Shown here one piece after another: positions 1 to 7,576 of a stretch of DNA of 38,201 nucleotides. Every line of letters starts with the position of its first letter. Position 1 is the first letter of the stretch. Source of the stretch: a virus. Taxonomy: Duplodnaviria; Caudoviricetes. The position numbers were made by a program, and so were the translations under genes. The stretch spans positions 1 to 38,201 of IMG/VR virus record IMGVR_UViG_3300020181_000021; one strand, written 5' to 3'. A model generated the notes under the pieces. That model had not been told where the DNA came from and made no database searches. It saw nothing but the letters and a program-made list of their open reading frames with translations.

Positions 1-127
1 CCCCCGGGTGCGCGGCAGGTAAGCCAAGGCGAGGTGGACACGCGCCAGCGGTACTTGCGGGCCAACCCGAATTACGGCGGGAGCATGGGCCGCGTCACTC
101 GCACGGTTGCGAACCCCATCCTGAGCC
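1..127 (+). repeat. Terminal direct repeat, copy 1 (circular assembly overlap)
   Basis: Identical to 38075-38201. Confidence 0.97.
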
Positions 128-1620
128 AAATGGCCGCATCCCCAGTGGGGGCCTATTTCGCTTCTGCCGCCGATGCAGTTGTTCCTCTCCGCGCAATGGG
201 CGTGGAGGGGCAAGACATTGAGGCCTTGGAGGCTGCAAACCCGACCGCATCGCTGCTGGGCATGCTTTCCGGTGGCATGATGGGCGCGGCAGGCGCGGAG
301 TTTGGTCTGGCGCGCGCTGGTCTCTCCGGATTGGCAGCTACGCGCGGCGGCGATGCGCTTTACGGAGCCATCCAAGGCGCAGGAAACGCGGACGCCGGAC
401 AGGGCGTCATGGGTGGCGTCACGGGCGCTCTAGCAGGCCTAGGCGGGGGGATGGCCGGGCGAGCTGTGGCTCGAGGTGCCGGTAATTTTGCGCAGGGCGT
501 TAGCGATCCTTCCGTCCAATTCCTGCGCCAGCAGAGCATCCCCACCACGGTAGGCCAAACAGTCGGAAACTCCGGCCTCTGGGGAGGCATGGTCAAGGGG
601 GCAGAGGACAGGCTGGCGGGTGCCCCGTTCTTGGGCGATGTGGTAAACGCGCGGCGCACGGAAGGTCTGGAGGCATTCAATCGTGCGGCCTTCCAGCAAG
701 CGGCGGCACCTGGTGGGGCAGTGACCGCCTATGGTGCGCCAGGCATGCAGCAGGTGCGGCAAAGCGTGCAGGATGCTTACAGCCGCGCGCTTGATCCGGT
801 TGACTTGGATATTGCGGGCGATCCGCGGGCTCTGCTGGACATCACGAACGCTCAGCTCGCCGCCGGCAACATTCCTCAGGGCGTCGGCCAGAACGCGATG
901 GAGGCAATCGACTACCGGATTGGAGGCGGCCTCTCGTCTGAAGGCCGCATGGGTGGCCGCGACTTCCAGGAGGCCTATCGGGGTCTTGGCCGCGATCGCC
1001 GCACAGCGCCTGATCCTTACGCGGCAGAGTTCGGCGGCGCGATGCGACAAGGGCAGGAAGCCCTTGCAGACGCGCTTCAGCGGCAACAGCCAGGGCAATT
1101 CCCTCAGTTCATCGAAGCGAACGCCGCCAACCGCCGGGCTGAAGTGCTCGCCAAGGCCCTCGGCAACGGCGGTAATCAAGCGGACGAACTTGTAACTCCT
1201 GCACAGCTCAACCGCGCTGACATACAGTCCACCTCTCGCCTAGAGGGGGCCGTGCAAAGCGCATCTGGCAACCGCCCGTTCTATGACTTAGCGACTGCTG
1301 GGCAGGCGGTCCTGCCGTCGAAGGTGCCGGATAGCGGTACTGCCGGGCGTTTAGCTATGCTGGCGTTGCCTGGAGCCTTGGGGGGCGCGGGCGCTGGTGC
1401 CGATGCGCTAGGTATCGGCGGCGGGAGCGGCGGGCAGACTGGGCTTGGGTTGGGCGCTCTGATGGCCCTTGGTGGAACCCGCCAAGGCCAGCGCATCCTC
1501 TCCAGCCTACTTGCGGATCGTCCAGACTGGCTTCGTCGGATGGGGGTACAGGTCAATAATCGGGCCGCCCTCGGGGGAGTCATAGGGGCCCCGCTGCTCG
1601 TCGCGGCGGCGCAGCCTTGA
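1..1620 (+). CDS. 3' part of a large ejection/internal virion protein (starts at 37259, wraps the contig junction; about 811 aa in total)
   Basis: ORF 34..1620 is in frame with the open frame from ATG 37259 via the 127-bp terminal overlap; Gly/Ala-rich; last gene of the virion operon. Confidence 0.75.
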   Translation, partial: PPGARQVSQGEVDTRQRYLRANPNYGGSMGRVTRTVANPILSQMAASPVGAYFASAADAVVPLRAMGVEGQDIEALEAANPTASLLGMLSGGMMGAAGAEFGLARAGLSGLAATRGGDALYGAIQGAGNADAGQGVMGGVTGALAGLGGGMAGRAVARGAGNFAQGVSDPSVQFLRQQSIPTTVGQTVGNSGLWGGMVKGAEDRLAGAPFLGDVVNARRTEGLEAFNRAAFQQAAAPGGAVTAYGAPGMQQVRQSVQDAYSRALDPVDLDIAGDPRALLDITNAQLAAGNIPQGVGQNAMEAIDYRIGGGLSSEGRMGGRDFQEAYRGLGRDRRTAPDPYAAEFGGAMRQGQEALADALQRQQPGQFPQFIEANAANRRAEVLAKALGNGGNQADELVTPAQLNRADIQSTSRLEGAVQSASGNRPFYDLATAGQAVLPSKVPDSGTAGRLAMLALPGALGGAGAGADALGIGGGSGGQTGLGLGALMALGGTRQGQRILSSLLADRPDWLRRMGVQVNNRAALGGVIGAPLLVAAAQP

Positions 1621-1691
1621 TTGCCGGCGGCGGTAGATAAGCTCCAAGAGGAGAGCCTTTAGGCCGCACACCAAGGCTATTTCGAGAGGCG

Positions 1692-2063
1692 TCATTCCCG
1701 CTCCAGATTAGTGGGCACCCCTGAGCCGGGCCGGCTGACAGGGGGGACGCTCAAGCCTAGCTCGGCTTGGTATGTGCGCAAGACCAGTAACGATCCCCAG
1801 TATGGCATGGTTAGCCCCTCGCGCTCGAAGGACTCCATCGACGCGTTCCCCCTGCGGGAAAACTCAGCGACTTGTTCTGGCGATGCCCCAGCCTTCCAAA
1901 GCGAGACCTGTTGAAGAACATGCGCCATGCCCTGCGCCTCGCCCATACCCGCCAGTTCAGGTACTTGGCTTGCGATTAGCGCGGGGTCGCTGTTCATGCG
2001 AAGCGAGAGGCGGACGGCTTTAGTCCTGGCCTGTCGGTCTTGCCACCAGCGTCTAAAGCCCAT
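1692..2063 (-). CDS. Hypothetical protein, moron-like, opposite to the virion genes
   Basis: 123-aa ORF, GAGG upstream of the ATG, fills the gap between late genes. Confidence 0.6.
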   Translation of the reverse strand: MGFRRWWQDRQARTKAVRLSLRMNSDPALIASQVPELAGMGEAQGMAHVLQQVSLWKAGASPEQVAEFSRRGNASMESFEREGLTMPYWGSLLVLRTYQAELGLSVPPVSRPGSGVPTNLERE

Positions 2064-2112
2064 GCGACCTCATACCTGCTTTTGAAGCGCTCCTCAATGG
2101 GCCGGGCTTTCC

Positions 2113-2141
2113 TTGATTTGGAAACCGAAACACGCTAGCTT
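2113..2141 (+). promoter_or_regulatory. Putative sigma70-type late promoter 1
   Basis: TTGATT-N17-TAGCTT; shares CCGAAACA(C/A)GCTAGC with the promoter at 29875-29903. Confidence 0.7.
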
Positions 2142-2148
2142 GCCGCCA

Positions 2149-2230
2149 CCGCAAGCCCCAAGCGTAAGAGGGCCTCGCTCCACCGCCTGCGCATGGCGGA
2201 TTTCGCGGCGACCAAGCGAAGCGGTCGAAC
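2149..2230 (+). ncRNA. Putative structured 5' leader, copy 1
   Basis: CCGCAA-GCCC-CAAGCGTAAGA-GGGC ... TTCGC ... CGACC-AAGCGAAGC-GGTCG-AAC; homologous to 29934-30039 with compensatory stem changes. Confidence 0.6.
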
Positions 2231-2253
2231 CTAGCGATTAGGAGCGACCCGCC

Positions 2254-2754
2254 TTGGCCCTCACCGACTACTCGACCACACCGTCAAGCAACGCGAGCAA
2301 GCCTGGCATCGACCTTTCGGAAGGCATGCTGCCCGGGCTGCTGAACAACAGCATCCGCCAGATCATGGCGGACATCGCCTCTTGGCTGGCGAGCAACTAC
2401 CGCAACATGGTCGATCAGCTGACGATCACTTACGCCGGCAACGATGCGTTGACGCTCCGCTCGGACAACGAAAGGAAGATCGCGCTTCGAAATGCGGCAG
2501 GCGGCCTCCAGGGCACGCTTTCATCCAACGCCACCCAATGCCTGATCATCAGGGACAACGGCAGTGTGGACGTGGGCAGGTTCGTAAGCGGCGCCGGGTT
2601 TCAGCCTCGCGTCCTGTCAAAGTCCCTTCTGCCCGCAGCCTCCCTTGGCGCGGGCGTGATCATCTACTGCACTGACGAGTCAGGCGGAGCGGTCCCGATC
2701 TTCTCGGACGGTACGGTTTGGCGTCGAATGACTGATCGCGCGGTGGTTTCATGA
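2254..2754 (+). CDS. Short tail fibre/adaptor-like virion protein
   Basis: TTG start with AGGAG; N-terminus (YSTTPSSN..GIDLSEGM.PG.LNNSIRQIMADIA) resembles podovirus fibre anchor domains. Confidence 0.6.
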   Translation: MALTDYSTTPSSNASKPGIDLSEGMLPGLLNNSIRQIMADIASWLASNYRNMVDQLTITYAGNDALTLRSDNERKIALRNAAGGLQGTLSSNATQCLIIRDNGSVDVGRFVSGAGFQPRVLSKSLLPAASLGAGVIIYCTDESGGAVPIFSDGTVWRRMTDRAVVS

Positions 2755-3053
2755 TCCCCCTCGTCCAAACCCTACAGGCGCTCTCAGGGCTGCTGTGGCT
2801 GCTTCCTGCGGTCTACCTGCTGCCTGCTGTTGGCTCGATGTGGAGCGGCAACCAGCAGGCCGCCCTCGCCACCCCGATCCTCGCCTTCTCGTGGCTGATG
2901 GTGCTGTTTTCGGTGCGCTGGCTGATTTGGCCGGCCGCTCTGTCGGTCATGCACACCGACGAGCTCGCGTTCTGGGCCGGCCTCTACACCCTGTCGTCAA
3001 TTTGCGCCCTGGGCGTGACCTACGGCGCGTGGCTGACGCGCAGGGAGCGATAA
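2751..3053 (+). CDS. Membrane protein (about 3 TM segments), lysis cassette
   Basis: Hydrophobic 100-aa ORF, ATGA-coupled to the upstream gene. Confidence 0.7.
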   Translation: MIPLVQTLQALSGLLWLLPAVYLLPAVGSMWSGNQQAALATPILAFSWLMVLFSVRWLIWPAALSVMHTDELAFWAGLYTLSSICALGVTYGAWLTRRER

Positions 3054-3502
3054 TGGAAGTGCTTCCTATTGCCGTCCGCACAACCGCGGGTGTGGCAGGA
3101 ATCTGGGTTCTCGTTGCTGCGGTGATCGTCGTCGCGATTAAGGCGTGGCCCCTGCTGCGCAAGATGCAGCTCGAGGCCGATGGCTCGCTCAGAACCGATC
3201 TGCTTGCCCGGATCGCAGCTCTTGAGACTGCGAATGAGAAGGATCGAGCTGCCTGCGAAGAACGCATCGAGCGCAGCGAGGCCCGCTACGAAGAAGCCCT
3301 CCGCGAGATGAAGGAGGAGATCAAGTGGCTGCGGCACGAGCGCAACAACATGCGCGCGGGCTTCAACGCCATGCTCTCGATGCTGAAGCGGCCAGGCGCG
3401 GACGTGCCCACCATCATCGCCGCAGTCGAAGAGATGGTCACTCGGGGTGATGAGGTGATCGCCGTCGAGAAGGCCGCCATGGCGAAAGGAGCACACCAAT
3501 GA
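3053..3502 (+). CDS. Holin-like membrane-anchored coiled-coil protein
   Basis: ATG 3053 (TAATG coupling, GGGAG SD); one N-terminal TM then a coiled coil; directly upstream of the endolysin. Confidence 0.65.
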   Translation: MEVLPIAVRTTAGVAGIWVLVAAVIVVAIKAWPLLRKMQLEADGSLRTDLLARIAALETANEKDRAACEERIERSEARYEEALREMKEEIKWLRHERNNMRAGFNAMLSMLKRPGADVPTIIAAVEEMVTRGDEVIAVEKAAMAKGAHQ

Positions 3503-4092
3503 TTGATGTTCGACCGCTACAGCGCGCTCTCGGTGTGAATGCGGATGGCGCTCCTGGCCGCGTCACCTGGACGGCCCTCTTCCACAAGTGTGGAGCCAAG
3601 ATCGACCGCGCCGAAGAGCTGGCGCTAGCGGCCCATGTGCATTTCCCCCGCTACGGCCTGCTGGATGCCCCGCTGCGTCTGCCGCATTTCATGGCGCAGC
3701 TCAGCCATGAAAGCGGCGGCTTCCGCTACATGGAGGAAATCTGGGGGCCGACCGCTGCTCAGAAGAGATACGAGGGTCGCAAGGACCTCGGCAACACAGC
3801 GCCCGGCGACGGCTCACGGTTCCGAGGCAGAGGGCCGATCCAGATCACCGGCAGAGCGAACTACCGCTACTTCGGCCGCCTGATCGGCATCGACATCGAA
3901 CGCCATCCTGAGATCGCCGCGGTTCCGTCGATCGGCCTCCACTTGGCGCTGGAATACTGGAGCTCGCGCGACCTCAATGAGCTCGCAGACCTGGATGAGT
4001 GCGAGGCCATCACCCGGGCAATCAACGGCGGCCTCAACGGCTTCTCCGACCGCAAGGCGCGGCTCGGTCAGATGAAGGAATGGATGCTATGA
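3499..4092 (+). CDS. Endolysin, glycoside hydrolase family 19
   Basis: Motifs FMAQLSHESGG, RYEGRKDLGN, FRGRGPIQITGRANY, ITRAINGG; short PG-binding-like N-terminus (LQRALGVNADG). Confidence 0.93.
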   Translation: MIDVRPLQRALGVNADGAPGRVTWTALFHKCGAKIDRAEELALAAHVHFPRYGLLDAPLRLPHFMAQLSHESGGFRYMEEIWGPTAAQKRYEGRKDLGNTAPGDGSRFRGRGPIQITGRANYRYFGRLIGIDIERHPEIAAVPSIGLHLALEYWSSRDLNELADLDECEAITRAINGGLNGFSDRKARLGQMKEWML

Positions 4093-4340
4093 ACAGTTAC
4101 TCGACCCCAGCCCTTTCTGCCGGCGCTATGGCAGCAGTTCGCATTCTCACTCTGATGCTGGGGCCGTACCTGATCGGCTCAGGCTATGTGAATGCTGACA
4201 ACGTGGACGGCGTGATCACCGCCCTCGTGACGATCGGTGTCGCGGGCTACGGCCTGATCAAGACCTTCACCCGCCAGAAGAAGATCAACGCTGCCGAGCA
4301 GGCGCTGGGACAGCCAGCAGCTGCTCTCCTGAAGCGGTAA
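4089..4340 (+). CDS. Putative holin (2 TM segments)
   Basis: ATG 4089 overlaps the endolysin stop; two hydrophobic segments and a basic C-terminus. Confidence 0.65.
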   Translation: MNSYSTPALSAGAMAAVRILTLMLGPYLIGSGYVNADNVDGVITALVTIGVAGYGLIKTFTRQKKINAAEQALGQPAAALLKR

Positions 4341-4344
4341 GGCG

Positions 4345-4482
4345 ATGCTGATTGAGCCGACCCGCCGCCGTGACGTGTTCAAGCGCGGCTATCGCTTCCG
4401 GTCGGCCGTGACCGGACGTTACGTCTCGCGCTTGTTCGCCCTGTTGCGTCCCCGAGAAACGATCCGCGAGCGTATCAGGTGA
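4345..4482 (+). CDS. Small basic protein (45 aa, RSAVTGRYVS motif)
   Basis: MLIEPTRRRDVFKRGYRFRSAVTGRYVSRLFALLRPRETIRERIR; GTGA-coupled to the next gene; below the ORF-track size cutoff. Confidence 0.6.
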   Translation: MLIEPTRRRDVFKRGYRFRSAVTGRYVSRLFALLRPRETIRERIR

Positions 4483-4754
4483 TCCCTCGCCAGCGCCCCG
4501 GACAAAGCTTCGAGGCGCACCAGGACGAGATGGCGGCCTGGATGGGCTATCCTGATCGGGACGCCCTGAATGCCGCTCACGACCGGCTCCACGCCTCGTT
4601 CTGCAAGTGGCTGGGCGTGGAGAGCCGTTCCTTGCGGATAGGCCGTGGCGAGCGCCTGAGCGGCCCTGAGGCGCATCTGGCGGGGCTAGAGGAAGAGGCG
4701 GTGCTGATGACGCAGCGGTTTATCTGCCAAGCTGGTCTGCAGGTGCCTAAGTGA
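4479..4754 (+). CDS. Hypothetical phage protein
   Basis: 91-aa ORF coupled to the previous gene; ends convergent with the leftward genes. Confidence 0.65.
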   Translation: MIPRQRPGQSFEAHQDEMAAWMGYPDRDALNAAHDRLHASFCKWLGVESRSLRIGRGERLSGPEAHLAGLEEEAVLMTQRFICQAGLQVPK

Positions 4755-4755
4755 G

Positions 4756-5112
4756 TTAGCGTAGCAGCGACCCGAGAGCACCGCCCAAGAGCGCGCTCAA
4801 GCCGCCGCTGTTCATCGAGCCTTGATAGTTGGTCGCCTGCATCAAAGACGACTGCTGATAGGCGGCGAGCCCGTTTAGTTGGGAGGCGGCCATCTGGGCA
4901 TAGGCGTTGGCATAGGGGTTCTGCGCCATCGCTTCCCGCCTTTTACGCTCCCGCTCGGCTTGCTTCGCGCGCCACTCATCCGGCGTGGTTTCCGACAGCG
5001 GCCCCTCGGGGTGCAGCCAGAAGGCGGACGGATCATCCAGCCACATCTCGGTTGCATATTCCTCGGAGCGGCCCGCAAGAGGCATGCCGTCTGAGCCGTT
5101 CTGCATAGCCAT
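4756..5112 (-). CDS. Hypothetical protein
   Basis: Part of ORF 4756..5181; ATG 5112 chosen because it follows the upstream small ORF; start uncertain. Confidence 0.55.
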   Translation of the reverse strand: MAMQNGSDGMPLAGRSEEYATEMWLDDPSAFWLHPEGPLSETTPDEWRAKQAERERKRREAMAQNPYANAYAQMAASQLNGLAAYQQSSLMQATNYQGSMNSGGLSALLGGALGSLLR

Positions 5113-5120
5113 CGGGCCTG

Positions 5121-5237
5121 CTACCATATTCCCGAGAGAAAATCCACCACCGCCAGCACCGCAAACACCCCCAACACCCAAGCTTCCATCCGGATAGACC
5201 GATCGCTTCCGTAGGTATCGTCAGGCCAGTCCTTCAC
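5121..5237 (-). CDS. Small membrane peptide (38 aa)
   Basis: GTG start overlapping the upstream TGA; hydrophobic C-terminus WVLGVFAVLAVVDFLSGIW. Confidence 0.4.
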   Translation of the reverse strand: MKDWPDDTYGSDRSIRMEAWVLGVFAVLAVVDFLSGIW

Positions 5238-5368
5238 CGCATCAGGTTCCGCTCTTCGCCCCACCTCACTGAGCGCCACTCCCCCAGTTCAGCCAAGCTG
5301 ATAAGCCGCCGGTCCTTCGCCAGCCATCCCTTACGCGACACACGCTCCCGCTGGTTCACGACTTCCAT
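5234..5368 (-). CDS. Small hypothetical protein (44 aa)
   Basis: Strong SD AGGAGGAG upstream of ATG 5368. Confidence 0.5.
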   Translation of the reverse strand: MEVVNQRERVSRKGWLAKDRRLISLAELGEWRSVRWGEERNLMR

Positions 5369-5423
5369 AGCGAATCTCCTCCTGCCTTCGGTGGCACGGT
5401 GACCGACCTGTAGGAAAGCGGAA

Positions 5424-5438
5424 GTTCCCGCTTCGTTC
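5424..5438 (+). promoter_or_regulatory. Alphaproteobacterial LexA (SOS) box
   Basis: GTTC-ccgcttc-GTTC = GTTC-N7-GTTC, in the divergent intergenic gap 28 bp upstream of ATG 5467. Confidence 0.7.
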
Positions 5439-5466
5439 TCACCTGTGCTTCAGCCACAAGCGGGCG

Positions 5467-5688
5467 ATGTCCACGCGAGTCGTCAGATCAATCCGCGACT
5501 TCTCCCGGCACCGCATGGATATCGACGTTCAGTGCTACTGCGGCCACAAGGCGTCCCTGCCCTTTCGTCCGGTGGTGAGCCTGTTCATCCGGAACGGGTG
5601 GCCGGGAAACCTGGATGCGGCTGCCAGTCGGTTTCGCTGCTCTAAGTGCGGTAGCTGTCCGAAGTGGATAGGACCGCACTATAGATGA
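5467..5688 (+). CDS. Small Zn-ribbon protein, probably SOS-regulated
   Basis: CYCGH ... RCSKCG motifs; isolated rightward gene behind a LexA box. Confidence 0.75.
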   Translation: MSTRVVRSIRDFSRHRMDIDVQCYCGHKASLPFRPVVSLFIRNGWPGNLDAAASRFRCSKCGSCPKWIGPHYR

Positions 5689-5766
5689 TGCGGGGTGATC
5701 TGCACCGGCTCCCGCTTCCAGGCATACCCCGCGCTTGCGGCCACGGGTTTCGCCGCCTCCGCACCA
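5686..5766 (-). ncRNA. Possible structured RNA (multi-hairpin)
   Basis: Closing stem TGGTGCGG/CCGCATCA encloses hairpins CCCGTG..GCGGG, CCTG-GAAG-CGGG and GGTG-CAGAT-CACC; strand uncertain. Confidence 0.35.
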
Positions 5767-6014
5767 CTTCGCCGTTCTAGAATGGCTTGGCAGGTGCCGC
5801 CAATGAGTTGACCAGCCTACCCCTAGGATTTGCTGACAGAGCCCGCCGCTGACCGCTCGCTTCCCACCCCGGCTTCAGCTGTCAATCGCAGTCAAGCGAC
5901 CCCGCGTGGAACGCGACGACTCCTGCAATCAGACTGCCGTCACGGGCCATAGCCTCGTCCGTCAGCGACAACTCCGCGCTAGTATACTTCTCGGCGATGT
6001 GCCAGAGATATTCG

Positions 6015-6115
6015 GCTGCGGCGGCGTGGAAGGACTCGCGATGCGAGCCCCGCGCTGATGTGTTACACGACGGCGCCTTGAGAGACGGGAGCCGGTATCA
6101 AGCCCGGCCCGCGGC
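6015..6115 (+). ncRNA. tRNA-like ncRNA (non-canonical cloverleaf)
   Basis: 7-bp acceptor-like stem GCTGCGG/CCGCGGC, D-like GCGTGGAAGGAC, T-like arm GCCGG-TATCAAGC-CCGGC, expanded middle; TATACT at 5983-5988 upstream. Confidence 0.6.
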
Positions 6116-6292
6116 TTAATCCTCAGGCGGCCCGAGGATCACGTCGTTCATGCGCTGGTAGAACTCCAGCAGCACAACCGGCGCAATCCCCTCCAGATGT
6201 TCACAGACGTAGCAGCTATCCAAAGCGTCGATGACGGTCTGCTCATTCGCGGCACGGAGTTGCTTCAGCAGTTCGGCTCTGTCCGGCATCAT
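6116..6292 (-). CDS. Hypothetical protein (58 aa)
   Basis: ATGA-coupled to 6289..6486; MMPDRAELLKQLRAANEQ... Confidence 0.55.
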   Translation of the reverse strand: MMPDRAELLKQLRAANEQTVIDALDSCYVCEHLEGIAPVVLLEFYQRMNDVILGPPED

Positions 6293-6486
6293 CTCAGGTG
6301 ATCTCCGCGCTCGATAGCGTCAGCCGCTTCGTCGTAGGCATTGCGGGTCGCCAATATGCGACCTGTGTCAGACGCGGAGGTCGCCCGTTCTGCTTCAACG
6401 TCAGCAGCCTGCTCGCGCAACCATTCCACGATGCGCTCGCGCTCGAGCTCTTCAGGAGAGGCTTCATAGGTGATGGGGTTGGTCAT
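6289..6486 (-). CDS. Hypothetical phage protein
   Basis: GAGGT SD; ends AADAIERGDHLR, a common phage early-gene terminus. Confidence 0.75.
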   Translation of the reverse strand: MTNPITYEASPEELERERIVEWLREQAADVEAERATSASDTGRILATRNAYDEAADAIERGDHLR

Positions 6487-6511
6487 GGGGCACCTCTCTT
6501 TACAGCTCTCT

Positions 6512-6670
6512 CTAGGCGTCGAGTCTCGGCGAAAGACGGGCTTTAACTTGGTACCTGGAGGCGCTTCGCGCCGCGTGGCGCATCATCTTTGCCATGTCGT
6601 CGGGCTTGACGAGACGCGGTTCGTACCGGGTTTCCTCTCCGTCGCGTATCACGGTGTAGGTGACGTACAT
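6512..6670 (-). CDS. Hypothetical protein (52 aa)
   Basis: Own ATG at 6670 with GGAG SD; fused to the SNase in the ORF track only because of the frameshift. Confidence 0.55.
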   Translation of the reverse strand: MYVTYTVIRDGEETRYEPRLVKPDDMAKMMRHAARSASRYQVKARLSPRLDA

Positions 6671-6683
6671 ATTCAGTCTCCGT

Positions 6684-7042
6684 CTATTCGCACCAAGATC
6701 GGCGCTTGCCATCCCAGGTCCGCGCCAGCTTCTCGCGCACCAGCTGATCGCCAATCGACCGCCCTTGCGCGTAACCACGCGAAGCAACCTGCCATTCCTA
6801 TCACGATCCCGTCCACTGCGTACCAGCTCGAATGGACCTTCGTTGAGCAGGACCAGGAGCCGATCGCGAGCGCGGATGCCGAGCTCGTATTCAGCGCGGC
6901 ACTTCGGCTGACTGATTTCCGGCGTGTCGATGTCGGTGATGCGATACTTCTCGCCAGCAAGCCAGAAGGTGTCGCCATCATGGACGCAGTTGTCCCGTGG
7001 GTCGGGAGCGCAGAGAGTCAGGAGGGCGGCTGCTAGCAGCAT
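6684..7042 (-). pseudogene. Thermonuclease (SNase-like) with signal peptide, frameshifted by 1 nt
   Basis: DGDT, DIDTPE and DRNGR motifs; the expected C-terminus RSIGDQLVREKLARTWDGKRRSWCE* is in another frame after about 6762; span is 359 nt (3n-1). Confidence 0.8.
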
Positions 7043-7539
7043 GTTGCCCAAGCTCTAAGTGAGGCGGCGCAGAGGGCAAGCGCCGGCGTGACGGCGTGCT
7101 TCACCTCAACAAAGGCGTCGTCGCTGGCGTGCCCCCAGATCAATCGCTTGCCCATGCGGGAAGTGCTGGTTTGCTTGAGCCAAGCTCTAGAATGCGCGCC
7201 ATTCGGATCCGGCCATTCCTCCACACCCCTTACCCAACCCTCGGGCACAAGCGCGAGCGCGGCGCTTTCGTAAGCCAGCGCGCGCAACATCTTCTGGAAG
7301 GCGAACCACTCAGGGTGGTGGCAGACGATGGAGCCCTTGCGCGTCGAAAGGGGTCCCTTGATTGCCTCAAAGGCCTCTGTGAGCAGCTGTTCTTGATCGC
7401 TGCGCTCGCCTTCTTCCACCCGACCGGCGAGCTCGAGCAGTTCCGCGTTAGGGACACACGCCCGAAGGGCCGAGACCTTGGGCTCGGGCTCTGCCGAGTG
7501 GCCCGGCGGCGTAGCCGCAACGCCCTGATCTTGTGGCAT
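7033..7539 (-). CDS. Hypothetical phage protein
   Basis: ATG 7539 with AAGGAG; contains ALALVPEGW and TPALALCAASLRA motifs typical of a phage early-protein family. Confidence 0.75.
   Translation of the reverse strand: MPQDQGVAATPPGHSAEPEPKVSALRACVPNAELLELAGRVEEGERSDQEQLLTEAFEAIKGPLSTRKGSIVCHHPEWFAFQKMLRALAYESAALALVPEGWVRGVEEWPDPNGAHSRAWLKQTSTSRMGKRLIWGHASDDAFVEVKHAVTPALALCAASLRAWATCC
7445..7525 (+). repeat. Structured repeat element, copy A (inverted relative to B-D)
   Basis: GCGTT-A-GGGACAC..GCCC-GAA-GGGC-CGAGAC..GGCTCGG..CGA-GTGGCCC-G-GCGGC-GTA-GCCGC-AACGC-CC. Confidence 0.75.
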
Positions 7540-7576
7540 TATCCTCACTCCTTTCCTTGTAAGTGGGTGGGAGAGG

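Noticed and set aside
6758-6770. Programmed -1 frameshift in the SNase gene
   Set aside because: No slippery heptamer or evident stimulator; a point deletion is simpler.
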